IMG/VR virus record: IMGVR_UViG_3300014208_000025
Coordinates: 116,967 to 180,966 of that record
Length of the DNA stretch: 64,000 nt
Source: a virus
Lineage: Duplodnaviria; Heunggongvirae; Uroviricota; Caudoviricetes
Strand: one strand, 5' to 3'
Shown here: piece after piece, positions 10,132-20,375 of the stretch
Numbering within the stretch: the stretch's first letter is position 1
Layout of the letters: each line of letters begins with the position of its first letter
Notes under the pieces: model-generated
Databases searched by the model: none
Told to the model about the DNA's origin: nothing
What the model saw: only the letters and a program-made list of their open reading frames with translations
Made by a program: the position numbers and the translations under genes

Positions 10132-11418
10132 TTAAGCCAAAATCCAGTTCGTAATCAAACCATTGGAAATATAAACAGAATGCGTTACTGAAGCCGAAAC
10201 ATCTGTAAATGACCTCGTAGCGGTCAATCCGGTTGTATAGGATGTAGTGAGTGAATTGTTTGCCCAACTAGATGTTCCATACAATGACGTTGTTAATGGA
10301 CCGGTCATTGTATCTCCCGAAGATAATACATATGATGAAGCAAGAATCGGAATTTCCAATCTAGACAATGTGTTGTCTTCAACCAAAAAGTGAATATTAG
10401 GGGTTCCTGTTCCATTTATCATCTTAAATTTGACAACAAATCTATCACTCGGATTAATTGATAAACTAGATGTGAGAAGAAAAGTATCGTCATATACAGC
10501 ATTTACATCAGTCGCCAAACTTCTTGTTAATGCTTCCACAATTTCACTTTCAATACTTGCAGTATTACGAAGATATAATTCAGGGATAAAGGTATTCGCC
10601 GAACCCCCACCAACTCTGTATATGTGATAATGAAGCATGAAATTATATGGGGGAATACTTGTCTGATTTATTGGTGAGGAAATAAACCCATAGATATATT
10701 GGCTTGCGGAAACATTGTTCACCACAAAATCTGTAATCGAAGAACTAAGTGGGGCAGTTGCTAATTTAAGAAGTTGATTATATCCATTTACATCCGCTGA
10801 AGCCGACCTAAAATAATACGGAAATGCCATTGGATTAATCGCATCTACATAACCTTTTGTTGCAACATCCTGCAAATTGGTTGGATTTATTGTTTGAATA
10901 TTACTCGCCGAAACATATGAAGCGGTAATACTGTTTACTGAAATATTTTGTTGTTGTGGAGCGTATGAAGAACTTAACGATGCAGAAGCCCATGACGCCG
11001 AAATCTGTTCGGTCTGTGGATACAAATCTGAAACGTAAGACGCCGAAATACTTGAGGACGCCCAGCTGGACGAAATAGAAAATATAGCAGTAGATTGAGT
11101 TGTTTGGGTAATAATGGACATTGATGCGGTTAACGCATTTACAGACCATGACGCAGTTTCAACATATGAAGAACTCAAAGACTGAGAAGCCCATGAGGCC
11201 GATGATAATGACTCCGTGGTAATAGTTAACGATGCAGAAATGGTGTTTAAGGCCCATGATGCCGTAAAACTTGATGTGGAAAGAGAGGTTAGAATTGATG
11301 CAGAATTGAAAAATACCAAGGAATTTGGAGAAGACGACAACACTTTTTCTTCAAATGATGAACTGGAGGCGTTTCGTTGAATAATAAAAACGTCTTTTGG
11401 TTGATAGATTAGACTCAT
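10132..11418 (-). CDS. tail fibre-like protein with SASWA repeats
   Basis: Repeats SSSWASSSISASYV / SASWASASLSSSY related to those in 7434-10064. Confidence 0.5.
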   Translation of the reverse strand: MSLIYQPKDVFIIQRNASSSSFEEKVLSSSPNSLVFFNSASILTSLSTSSFTASWALNTISASLTITTESLSSASWASQSLSSSYVETASWSVNALTASMSIITQTTQSTAIFSISSSWASSSISASYVSDLYPQTEQISASWASASLSSSYAPQQQNISVNSITASYVSASNIQTINPTNLQDVATKGYVDAINPMAFPYYFRSASADVNGYNQLLKLATAPLSSSITDFVVNNVSASQYIYGFISSPINQTSIPPYNFMLHYHIYRVGGGSANTFIPELYLRNTASIESEIVEALTRSLATDVNAVYDDTFLLTSSLSINPSDRFVVKFKMINGTGTPNIHFLVEDNTLSRLEIPILASSYVLSSGDTMTGPLTTSLYGTSSWANNSLTTSYTTGLTATRSFTDVSASVTHSVYISNGLITNWILA

Positions 11419-11421
11419 ATT

Positions 11422-12621
11422 TTAGAAATTATTGAACAAACTCATGGGAATTCTATTCAATGCCCCTCCTAGATAAATATAATCGTTATCGTAAGATGAC
11501 CAACTTATTTGATTGGCTAATGGTTGAACGGCTAACACCAAGACTTTAGAAGCACGTTTCCACACCCCACCGACATAAATGTAATAGTAATCCACGTCAT
11601 ACGATATCCAACCTTCCTCTCCTGAATCGGAGGAATTCAGTGGGGCCGGCAAATGCCACTTGCTTAATGGCACCGTACCCGCAGGAATCAACTCTATGGT
11701 TGGTTGAAATACCACTGGAGGATTTGGAATCACCACATCTTTTTGAAGATTTGGATAATCTTGGCGTCTCCACTTCTCTTTGTTTGGGTCTAGGTCGTTG
11801 AACTTGAAGTCGGTAGATACCACTTCTTCACCCATGACTACTTTCTTTGGAGTAAACCATTTCTTTGTGGTCGGCTTACTACCATCCAAACCATAGTTTG
11901 TATCCGGTAAAAGATATCCATGAACCACCAAATCAAATTCCGTTTTCACCATGCGGTCTTGGTCAACTTGAAGTTCAATCGTGTGGGAAAAAGATTCAAT
12001 GTTGGTACGAAAACGGAAACCGCGAGCATCGCCCCAATAATCATCCGTTTCAAAGTTCATGCGTTCGACCAACGTATTCATCTGCTCCACATATTCCGTC
12101 CAGATGATGAAGTGATAAGTGAATACCATGTGGTCGGGTACCACAACATCATACACTTCATTGACTGGCACATTAAGACCCACTAAAACGTTGAACGGTG
12201 TGTAACGATTCTTTTCAGAAAACATTTTGATGACCGGATACTTCAAGTATCGGTTGAACATCATCATGGCTTGGTCTTTATCCGAATTCGTGCGTTGAAA
12301 GACGATGGCGGGGAGTTGGATTTTTCCGTTGTAATCGCGGAAATAGCCGTCCTTTTGAATGCTTTTCCATTTTTCGGGACTAGCGTAAAATGTTGGAACT
12401 TTGATGCGATTTCCTTCATCCACAACATTTAACTGAAATCGTTCCAACTGCTTCATGATAGCAGTGTCAACGTCAATAAGTTTTACTGTGAAATCTTTTT
12501 GGACATCAGTATCTCGTCGAGTATTTTCCGCACGATTAGCCACTACCTTCTTTTCGCTCAGAACGTTTGATTTCTGAACGACGTTCGGGACGGGGTTTAA
12601 GTTATTACCTTTCCAGGCCAT
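11422..12621 (-). CDS. hypothetical structural (baseplate/tail) protein
   Basis: Position in the tail module. No motif identified. Confidence 0.3.
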   Translation of the reverse strand: MAWKGNNLNPVPNVVQKSNVLSEKKVVANRAENTRRDTDVQKDFTVKLIDVDTAIMKQLERFQLNVVDEGNRIKVPTFYASPEKWKSIQKDGYFRDYNGKIQLPAIVFQRTNSDKDQAMMMFNRYLKYPVIKMFSEKNRYTPFNVLVGLNVPVNEVYDVVVPDHMVFTYHFIIWTEYVEQMNTLVERMNFETDDYWGDARGFRFRTNIESFSHTIELQVDQDRMVKTEFDLVVHGYLLPDTNYGLDGSKPTTKKWFTPKKVVMGEEVVSTDFKFNDLDPNKEKWRRQDYPNLQKDVVIPNPPVVFQPTIELIPAGTVPLSKWHLPAPLNSSDSGEEGWISYDVDYYYIYVGGVWKRASKVLVLAVQPLANQISWSSYDNDYIYLGGALNRIPMSLFNNF

Positions 12622-12625
12622 GTGA

Positions 12626-13099
12626 TTATCCTTGTCTTTCCACGAAACTCAATTTGGAGAGTCTTGAGTAATGTGTGTTCACAATAACGGAGTGTGATTT
12701 GTCTTCAATTCCGCCCAAGAATTGCATTTGAACGGTGTTGTCACATTCAAAATATTGTTCGTTAAAACGAATGATATCGCCGACTTCCGGATACAGATTC
12801 ACAAGTTTCAACATATTTTCACGAAACTTAAACACCACAGTTTGATTTCGGTCAGGACCAAATTGGTCATATGTTGTGTCAATGTCTGCTTTATCAATAA
12901 GGCAAGTTACTTCAACACCCGGATAGTAAAGTTTGCCAGATTCGGGAGACGACTCACCATAGACATTCGACTTCATTTCTGATGGCGCCATCTTGTAAAT
13001 CAATACAGATGTTTGAATGATGTCTCCCATCAATTCTCCGTTAAAACTGTTAACGAGTTTCATATCTCTGACCGAAAAATACCTGCCGAGCAATCCCAT
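12626..13099 (-). CDS. hypothetical protein
   Basis: Tightly packed ORF in the structural block. Confidence 0.3.
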   Translation of the reverse strand: MGLLGRYFSVRDMKLVNSFNGELMGDIIQTSVLIYKMAPSEMKSNVYGESSPESGKLYYPGVEVTCLIDKADIDTTYDQFGPDRNQTVVFKFRENMLKLVNLYPEVGDIIRFNEQYFECDNTVQMQFLGGIEDKSHSVIVNTHYSRLSKLSFVERQG

Positions 13100-13105
13100 A
13101 GGTTA

Positions 13106-13600
13106 TTACTTCTTTCCTTCGTTCAATCCCGACCAACCACGTCTTTTTATGTAATGTTGTAAAGCAATCCCAGCACTCTCAACGATTTGTTGCCATACGT
13201 GAATTGGGGGTGGTTCGTCGTCAGGCATATCAGCAATCATTTTCAGATAATCCAACACCGCATCTTTTTCCTCGCCGAATTTTGGCGATTGGTTCAACCC
13301 AACTTCGGCTACTGTTCCGTCATTCTTGACAAATTGTTCGTTCTCCGTGTCATCCCAATAACCAAACTTGTCAGCGATTTGAACGGCACATTGATAGGCC
13401 ACTTTTTGAGCCGTAGAAACATCCTTGATATAACCCAATCCAACCGATTCCACTTGATGATAGGAAATGGTCTTGGCTCCAGTTTCGTGGGCATTAGAAA
13501 ATACCTTTTTCATTCCTGAAACAACGAGTTCTTCTCCGTTAACGGATTCTTTAAGTAATCTAAACTGGTTGTTTTCTACATTTTCAAATAATTTTTTCAT
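13106..13600 (-). CDS. hypothetical protein
   Basis: ORF only. The sense-strand TATTTATA octamer lies 31-38 nt upstream of its ATG. Confidence 0.3.
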   Translation of the reverse strand: MKKLFENVENNQFRLLKESVNGEELVVSGMKKVFSNAHETGAKTISYHQVESVGLGYIKDVSTAQKVAYQCAVQIADKFGYWDDTENEQFVKNDGTVAEVGLNQSPKFGEEKDAVLDYLKMIADMPDDEPPPIHVWQQIVESAGIALQHYIKRRGWSGLNEGKK

Positions 13601-13621
13601 AAGTTGTTGATTATCAATAAT

Positions 13622-14833
13622 TTACCCGATATAAATAAAAAGAGGCACCCGTTTCAATGTATCTTGGAGATATTCAGCTTCTCTGCTACGATCTTCCATC
13701 TGCTGTTTTTTTCCGACTGCCTCTAGGGTTTCCCTTAACTGCGTGATTAAATCGGTTTTTTCCTGTTGTGCTTCATTTCTTAACTCCGCACCGTCTAAAG
13801 TTACTTCGCCTCCCGGAATTGGAATCGTTTGATACTTTTGACGAATCGCACCCAACAACTCTTTACAGAGCGAAAGAAAGTATTTACGAATCCATTGACG
13901 GCCAACCGCGTTGATGGTCGTGTAGGGAATGTTTTGGTAGGGGATGTTAGCATAATCAGATACATAACTGCCGGTATAATTGCTTCCGGATGGATTGGAA
14001 ACTACTGATGCACTATAACGGTCGTTAGTCAAGAAATAGTCAAAATACACGGGATAACCCCCCGAGGTTGGAATTGGAAATATTTTCAATTTGTTATTAG
14101 TCAACTCAAATGAATAAGCTGATTTACGAACCATATCGTTGAACTCAATGGCTTGACCACGGAGCAAATCTTCAAAGATTGGACACATCAAAAACTGAAC
14201 GGCCGGCGAATATGCTCCAAAACCCATTTCATTCATGACGTTGGAATAACTCATGCCTGTCATTGAAAATGGGTCATAAATACGGGCAAAGGCGGGGGTT
14301 CTTTCATGGAAAATCCTCATGACTTCCAGTTTATTGAAACTTTCGGAAACATCACCCCACAACGCTTGTAAATCGTAGGTCTGTTGACCCGCCTGCAATA
14401 TTACCTGCCCACGTTTCCACGTTACATTTCCACCAACACCTATTTCTGTGCCGTAACTCTTGGCAAGTTGAACGATGACATTCATTGGTGTTCCAACCAC
14501 GGCTTGACCCGACAAATTACCCAATTCTGATACTTTTTGACCCTGAAACACTTGAATGTAGTTTCGAATGTTCCATTGGTTGACTTGAGCACCATACTCG
14601 TTAACGGCTTCCTCAAAACAAGCGTAGAAGTTTCGGTCCACCAATTCAATATCTACTACTGGATATCCAAGTCTATATGCTGCCCACTTGGCCGAGGCTG
14701 GGGCTTCCAATTGAAAAACTGCGTCGGTGTCGTAAAACCCGAACGGGGTGCTGCCGGAAACGGCTGAACCGCTGCCGGGCCATCGAACGCGGTCTTGGTC
14801 GATTAGTGTAGTTGCGTTGGTTTGTTCGCTCAT
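13622..14833 (-). CDS. hypothetical structural protein
   Basis: ORF only. Confidence 0.3.
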   Translation of the reverse strand: MSEQTNATTLIDQDRVRWPGSGSAVSGSTPFGFYDTDAVFQLEAPASAKWAAYRLGYPVVDIELVDRNFYACFEEAVNEYGAQVNQWNIRNYIQVFQGQKVSELGNLSGQAVVGTPMNVIVQLAKSYGTEIGVGGNVTWKRGQVILQAGQQTYDLQALWGDVSESFNKLEVMRIFHERTPAFARIYDPFSMTGMSYSNVMNEMGFGAYSPAVQFLMCPIFEDLLRGQAIEFNDMVRKSAYSFELTNNKLKIFPIPTSGGYPVYFDYFLTNDRYSASVVSNPSGSNYTGSYVSDYANIPYQNIPYTTINAVGRQWIRKYFLSLCKELLGAIRQKYQTIPIPGGEVTLDGAELRNEAQQEKTDLITQLRETLEAVGKKQQMEDRSREAEYLQDTLKRVPLFIYIG

Positions 14834-14903
14834 AGGTCGTATCTCTTCAATAAATATAGAAACAACGGATGATTCTATCTCAAATCTCTCCTATTTATTA
14901 CAT

Positions 14904-15464
14904 ATGATTAGACTCATGGATATCATCAATGAAGATTTGGATATACCGACGCCGGCCCAACATCAACCAGCATCCAATACAATCATCAATTCCGATTTCC
15001 TAAAGTTCGTGATGAATGTGGAAAACGCTGAGTTAAAAGGTCGTGACCCCAAAACTAAAATTTGGCATCCACACTCGTCTCCAGAAGGAGGGTCTGAAAC
15101 GGTTGGATATGGACATAAGTTGAAAAACGGACCAAATGTTCAAAAACATACCAATCTTTCAGACAAAGACGTTGTAAAATTGTTAAGAGATGATTTAGTT
15201 GAAGCAAACAAAAAAGTTCATCAATATGTTGAAAAGGTTTACGGTATCAAAATTTTATTGAACCAAAAACAAGAAGAAATGTTAACCGAATTTGTTTTCA
15301 ATCTTGGTGGATTGGATAAATTTCCAAAATTCACAGAAGCCGTTTTGAAAAATGATATGCCTACAATGAGGAAGGAATACAAAAGATTTTATCGAGGTAA
15401 AGACCAAAAACCTATCGAATTAGAACGACGAAATAAGTTGTTCTATGACCGATTTTTGAAGTGA
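14904..15464 (+). CDS. lysozyme (GH24, T4 e / gp5-lysozyme-like)
   Basis: Glu...Asp...Thr catalytic triad followed by GYGH (NAELKGRDPKT...SETVGYGHKL), as in T4 lysozyme (TIGIGH). ATG at 14904 chosen because the longer listed ORF overlaps the convergent upstream gene. N-terminus MIRLMDIINE fits the leader consensus. Confidence 0.6.
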   Translation: MIRLMDIINEDLDIPTPAQHQPASNTIINSDFLKFVMNVENAELKGRDPKTKIWHPHSSPEGGSETVGYGHKLKNGPNVQKHTNLSDKDVVKLLRDDLVEANKKVHQYVEKVYGIKILLNQKQEEMLTEFVFNLGGLDKFPKFTEAVLKNDMPTMRKEYKRFYRGKDQKPIELERRNKLFYDRFLK

Positions 15465-15487
15465 CATTTTATAGGAAATGTGTTACA

Positions 15488-16930
15488 ATGATGTTTATGA
15501 CTGAAATCAAACAAAGAATCGTAGAAGGAATCAAAGAAAAATCTGCGGAAGACTTTATCCGTCAGACCATTAAAGGTACGGAATGGCAAGGTAAAGTTTT
15601 CGTTGCGGGTGGATATGTCCGAGATGAATTCCTTGGTAAAGACCCCAAAGACCTTGATTTGTTGGTAAACTCCCAAAACGGCGGCATCGAATTCGCCAAT
15701 TGGATTACCAAGAAAATTGGAAAATTCAAAGAAGGATCAAATCCCGTAACTTTTCCAAGGTTTGGCACTGCCAAGTTTAACCTTCTGGGAGTGATCCATA
15801 ATGGAATTGACCTTTCGGACATGGATATTGAGGCCGTAATGCCCCGCAAAGAACAATATACAGCAGGCTCCCGCAAGCCAGATGTATCCCAAGGGGAACT
15901 CAAAGATGACGTGGAACGTCGTGACTTCACTGTAAACAGCCTTTTGAAAGACCTTTCATCGGGTGAAATTCTTGATTTGACAGGCATGGGCAAGGATGAC
16001 ATCAAGGCCGGAATTGTCCGAACTCCGTTGAGTCCCGACAAGATTTTCACCGATGATCCACTCCGTCAGTTGCGAGCCGTTCGTTTCTCAGTCAAATACA
16101 ATTGGAAGTTGCCAATGTTCATGTTGAAGGGGTTGAAACGAAACGCTCCACAACTTAAGAATATTTCCAATGAACGTATCCGTGATGAGCTTGACAAAAT
16201 GTTGATGACGGGTTCCCCCGCCAAAGCTATCAAATTGATGAAAGTAGTCGGATTACTTCCATATGTTATTCCCGAACTCGTTCCAGCAATCAAGATGGTC
16301 CAGAATAAACATCATTCCGAAGATGTTTTTTCTCATACCTTAACAGTATTATCCAAAACTCAACCGGTTTTGATTCAAAGGTTGATGGGTTTGTTTCATG
16401 ATATCGGTAAGACGGTCACAAAATCAGTAACTCCAACAGGGGTACATTTTTATGACCACGAAGACGCGGGTTCAAAAATAGCCGAAAAAGTGATGACTCG
16501 CTTGAAATATCCAACGGAATTGATTGATGCGGTCAAATTGGGTGTGCGTAACCACATGCGTTTGAAATCCGCCAAGGATACCGGCGTGGAATTGTCCGAT
16601 AAGGCACTGCGTAAGTTTAAAATTGAAGTAGGCGACCAATTGGAAAACATTTTGAATGTTATCCATGCAGATAACTGTGCTCATTCAGATGCGTCTGCGA
16701 TGCCTAATCAGATTGCCAACATTCGTAAGCGTCTTGAAACACTGAATATGAATGTGGCCCACGGTAAACCAAAACTTCCCATTACCGGAAACGATTTACA
16801 GGCCATCGGTATCAAGCCCGGCCCAATCTATTCTGAAATTATGAAGTCTGTTACCGAATCGTGGTTTGAAAACCCGGCTATTTCTAAAGAACAGGCATTG
16901 AAAATTGCTAAACAAATTGCCAAAATATGA
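15488..16930 (+). CDS. cca: tRNA nucleotidyltransferase (CCA-adding enzyme), class II head domain plus HD domain
   Basis: GGYVRDEFLGKDPKDLDLLV head motif (G-G-x-V-R-D...D-x-D). HD-type region downstream (HDIGK...HMRLK). The listed ORF starts at a GTG at 15461. The ATG cluster at 15488-15497 is preferred. From 15497 the N-terminus is MTEIKQRIVE (leader-like). Confidence 0.8.
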   Translation: MMFMTEIKQRIVEGIKEKSAEDFIRQTIKGTEWQGKVFVAGGYVRDEFLGKDPKDLDLLVNSQNGGIEFANWITKKIGKFKEGSNPVTFPRFGTAKFNLLGVIHNGIDLSDMDIEAVMPRKEQYTAGSRKPDVSQGELKDDVERRDFTVNSLLKDLSSGEILDLTGMGKDDIKAGIVRTPLSPDKIFTDDPLRQLRAVRFSVKYNWKLPMFMLKGLKRNAPQLKNISNERIRDELDKMLMTGSPAKAIKLMKVVGLLPYVIPELVPAIKMVQNKHHSEDVFSHTLTVLSKTQPVLIQRLMGLFHDIGKTVTKSVTPTGVHFYDHEDAGSKIAEKVMTRLKYPTELIDAVKLGVRNHMRLKSAKDTGVELSDKALRKFKIEVGDQLENILNVIHADNCAHSDASAMPNQIANIRKRLETLNMNVAHGKPKLPITGNDLQAIGIKPGPIYSEIMKSVTESWFENPAISKEQALKIAKQIAKI

Positions 16931-18381
16931 TAAAACTAAAATCATTATTGGTAGAAAAAACTTTGTATCATGGAACGATATCCGATTTTGTTCCAAGTAT
17001 AAAGAAACATGGGCTTTTACCAACTGTCGGCGAATTTGTTAAACATGCGTATGCAGGTTCAGTTGATAATATCGATGCGGAAATTAATGAATACTTGAAG
17101 GATTTGGTGTTTGCGACGGACAAAAAACAATTGGATAAAGCCGTTACCGCAATCACGGCCCAAGTGGGAATCAAACTAAACAAAGATTTCCAAAATGTTA
17201 CGGATGAAGAATTCAAACAATACGGAGCGTTAGCAATCATAAAAGATGGTGATTCCGTAATGAGTCACTACTATCCGAAAGACGATGAAAATTATTATGG
17301 TCAACATCCTTTAACAGTTGAGCCGGGAGATTACTTTTCAGATGAGTATGTTAATGTCGATTACATTTTGACTAAGGACAAATTGATTTCTTTCTTAAGA
17401 CGACTTGGAAGCTGGCCTAGAAAATATGGACCGGATTATAATAAATTTCGTATCGAAGGAAAACTGGCTCCAGAGTCAATACAGGAAATCAAGAAGTATG
17501 ACATAAAGAAACATTACAACATTGATATGCGGCCAAACACCGTCGTTGTTGATTTGGTGAATTCAATTTTGAAGGACATCAAACCGTTGATTTATGAATT
17601 GGGGTTTCGTAATATTAAAATCAACTATGTTACCCACGATACCGAGGCCTTTGCCAGATACAACGGAATTATTGACTCCACCGGCGATCCCATTATTACC
17701 ATGTCCACAAAAATCGTGTATGGTTGGGTAAAGAAATATGGTCACAAGTTAGACCGTGAAATAGAACGAGTAATCGTTCATGAATTGAATCATGCCTATC
17801 TTGAATTGTGTGGATTGGATATCAATAGACAATACAAAGACAGGCAACGAATAGAGCCAATAGTAGAAGACGCTGCTCAAGAATTTGTTGAAGACCGCAA
17901 CGTGCAGAAAGTTAAAGAAACCTTGGATGAGTTCGTTGAAGATTACAGTTTCCATACTGGACACATTGCCGAAACAACGGAATGTCCACGTTGCAATGGT
18001 TGGAAAGTGATTTATGTTCGAGCGGGCATTCCAAATGTTGTTGCCAAATGTCCTGTCTGTGTTGATAAACCCAAGACCATTAAAGTGTATCGTGGGGTAT
18101 CAGAATACAACAAAAAGTATGGCAACTTCTGGACGACTGATAAGGAATGGGCACGCCAGTTTACCCAAGCAGGGTTAGACAAGGAAATCAAACAACGCAC
18201 GATTGATACTTCCGTTATTATGAAACGGGAGAATGTGCCGTTGCCACGAGCCTGTAGTGACAAGGGTTTTGACCAAGCTATAAAGGATGCTGAGTTTGGT
18301 AAATTTGATGCGTTTTGGGTTAATGAAGGTCAAGGCGAACCTCCATCTATTTATGTAATGAACCTTGCGGTGTTAAAATGA
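16927..18381 (+). CDS. multidomain protein: N-terminal PARP/Tpt1-like ADP-ribosyltransferase-fold motifs, HExxH motif, C-terminal CxxC...CxxC zinc ribbon
   Basis: TLYHGTISDFVPSIKKHGLLP closely resembles the KptA/Tpt1 segment FLYHGTASRFLDEILKQGLKP. DLVFATD follows about 37 aa later (compare PARP GIYFAD). Also VIVHELNHAYLEL (HExxH) and CPRCNGW...CPVCVD. Leader MIKLKSLLVE. ATGA overlap with the cca stop. Confidence 0.5.
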   Translation: MIKLKSLLVEKTLYHGTISDFVPSIKKHGLLPTVGEFVKHAYAGSVDNIDAEINEYLKDLVFATDKKQLDKAVTAITAQVGIKLNKDFQNVTDEEFKQYGALAIIKDGDSVMSHYYPKDDENYYGQHPLTVEPGDYFSDEYVNVDYILTKDKLISFLRRLGSWPRKYGPDYNKFRIEGKLAPESIQEIKKYDIKKHYNIDMRPNTVVVDLVNSILKDIKPLIYELGFRNIKINYVTHDTEAFARYNGIIDSTGDPIITMSTKIVYGWVKKYGHKLDREIERVIVHELNHAYLELCGLDINRQYKDRQRIEPIVEDAAQEFVEDRNVQKVKETLDEFVEDYSFHTGHIAETTECPRCNGWKVIYVRAGIPNVVAKCPVCVDKPKTIKVYRGVSEYNKKYGNFWTTDKEWARQFTQAGLDKEIKQRTIDTSVIMKRENVPLPRACSDKGFDQAIKDAEFGKFDAFWVNEGQGEPPSIYVMNLAVLK

Positions 18382-19715
18382 TTAGGTTGCTGAGAATATT
18401 GCTTGAAGGACGAGTTGAGGATTTCAAAAAGAAATACTCCGCGTTACCGCCTGATGTCCAAGCGGAAATCCTAAAAAACGACCCAAGTCCCAACAACAAA
18501 TATTTGGATTGGATGGGCAAGATTGCGTCAATCGAACCAAGTTTGAAGTTAGATACTTTGATTGGTGACGTTGAAGAGTTTGACAAATATCAAGTCATGT
18601 TAGGTGACATCAATCGCTTCAAATCACACAACGATTTGAAACAAGCGTTAATGTCTCGCACCAAAAGCAAGAAACAAACTACCAAGGAAGGTGCTCAAGT
18701 TATCATTGATAATCCCGATTTTTTGGTGGTCGTTCCCAAAACCCAAGACAGTTGTGCTTACTACGGCAACAACACAAAATGGTGCATTGTCAATCAGGAA
18801 TCCTACTGGAACAGTTACTTCTACGAAAACACCATCATCATTCTTTTGGATAGACGCACACATGAAAAGTATGCTATTGTTGGCCGGGCTGACGGCGTTT
18901 TCGTCGTCTATGACCGAAATGACAGTAGAATTGATTACAATTTCTTCATTCGGGATGAAGACGAAGAAGGTGCGTGGCCGGAATACGTTCAAGAAGCAAT
19001 TGAAGAAGCTATGTCAAATGATGACATTGAAGGCCGTAAAGATGAATACATAGGTAAAATGGTGGATACGTTCATTGAAGATAAGGGAGCGGACAAATTG
19101 TGGGAAAACTATTTAGACCGAGTTCATCGGGAATACAAATTGGATGGTGAACCATCAATGGAAGTTTTCAAAAACATCATAAACTCACACGGAATAACCG
19201 ATGAAAAACTTTCCGAATTGTCTGTATCATTATTGTATTACAGCTTACAACAAAACGGAGTCTCTGAGGATGATTTGGGTGAAGTAAATGCCACATCAGA
19301 CATAGACCGTGCGTTAAGAGATATGGGAAAACTGGAAAAAGATGTCGATGGTGGTACGCCTCTTGAATATGCGGTGGGTGATTATGTTCGGTCATTTCGT
19401 GGAGTCGCGGGGCCTCTAGCGGTGATTGAGGATGCGGTTAGTGAACCTATTTTTGACGAGATTTACTATAAGGGAACGATTGATGAAGATTTGTTTGATG
19501 CCATCACCAAATATAACGCAAGATTGAATTCCCCACAACAAATGAGTTTGAAAGGTATGGATAAAGGAAAAGAAACGGTTCATATTAACAACATACAAGA
19601 TGTCATCTATGTTTTCAAGAATACCGGATACGAAGACTGGGCCAATTATTTGTCATCCGTGACCGGTTTAAAAGAAGTGATGAAAACTTATCAACCAAAG
19701 GCTAGACTGTTATGA
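18378..19715 (+). CDS. hypothetical protein with leader-like N-terminus
   Basis: MIRLLRILLE N-terminus. ATGA overlap with the upstream stop. No motif identified in the body. Confidence 0.4.
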   Translation: MIRLLRILLEGRVEDFKKKYSALPPDVQAEILKNDPSPNNKYLDWMGKIASIEPSLKLDTLIGDVEEFDKYQVMLGDINRFKSHNDLKQALMSRTKSKKQTTKEGAQVIIDNPDFLVVVPKTQDSCAYYGNNTKWCIVNQESYWNSYFYENTIIILLDRRTHEKYAIVGRADGVFVVYDRNDSRIDYNFFIRDEDEEGAWPEYVQEAIEEAMSNDDIEGRKDEYIGKMVDTFIEDKGADKLWENYLDRVHREYKLDGEPSMEVFKNIINSHGITDEKLSELSVSLLYYSLQQNGVSEDDLGEVNATSDIDRALRDMGKLEKDVDGGTPLEYAVGDYVRSFRGVAGPLAVIEDAVSEPIFDEIYYKGTIDEDLFDAITKYNARLNSPQQMSLKGMDKGKETVHINNIQDVIYVFKNTGYEDWANYLSSVTGLKEVMKTYQPKARLL

Positions 19716-19816
19716 TTCGTTTAACTCCCATGTTGACCGAAGCCAAGGTCAAGAATCTCTATTGGAATGTGATTCCTCGTCAGATTTGGATAAAGAAACC
19801 TTTAATGAACAGATAA
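19712..19816 (+). CDS. leader-only mini-ORF (34 aa)
   Basis: MIRLTPMLTEAKV... starts in an ATGA overlap with the stop of 18378-19715. Found by hand translation. May be a remnant or a small peptide. Confidence 0.25.
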   Translation: MIRLTPMLTEAKVKNLYWNVIPRQIWIKKPLMNR

Positions 19817-19838
19817 AAAAGTATATTTATGTACCAAT

Positions 19839-20375
19839 ATGATAAATTTAAGTAAAATTCTAAGAGAGGACAGGTCTGAAACTACAGATCGGGGATGTTT
19901 GATGGCAATGGTTCTTGAACCCCAACGTACTGCTATTTTGAACTTTGGTAACAAACTAATTCGTGAAGAGGACTTGTATATCGTAGATGATGAATTCGGT
20001 CGTGAAAAAGAAACCCACGTCACCATTCTCTATGGTTTTGTACCTGATTTGTCTAAAAGCCAAGTCGTTCAAATCATCCGAGACGTGAAACCATTTACCA
20101 TCACTTTAACCGGCGTGGACACATTCAAAAACGAGAAAGAGGGGTTTGATGTAGTGAAGTTTTCCATTGAAAGTCCGATTCTAAGACAACTTAACGCAGA
20201 CGCTCAAAAGTTTCCCAATCAAAATGACTTTCCGAATTATTCGCCTCATATGACGATTGCGTATGTCAAACCAAATACATTCAAAGAAACTCGTAAAGGT
20301 CTAAAAATTGAAATTCCAATTAGTCAAATTTGTTACTCGTCTTCCCAACATCAAAAAATGTATGTCAATCTATGA
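19839..20375 (+). CDS. 2H phosphoesterase (LigT / cyclic phosphodiesterase / Acb1-like fold)
   Basis: Two H-x-T-x motifs with typical spacing: ETHVTILYGF and SPHMTIAYVK. Leader-like MINLSKILRE. Confidence 0.6.
   Translation: MINLSKILREDRSETTDRGCLMAMVLEPQRTAILNFGNKLIREEDLYIVDDEFGREKETHVTILYGFVPDLSKSQVVQIIRDVKPFTITLTGVDTFKNEKEGFDVVKFSIESPILRQLNADAQKFPNQNDFPNYSPHMTIAYVKPNTFKETRKGLKIEIPISQICYSSSQHQKMYVNL

Noticed and set aside
7434-11418. Possible CRISPR array suggested by the periodic repeats
   Set aside because: The repeats are in-frame coding repeats (SASWA modules) of unequal length without unique spacers of regular size, and no cas genes are present. The same applies to the 57780-58130 repeat.
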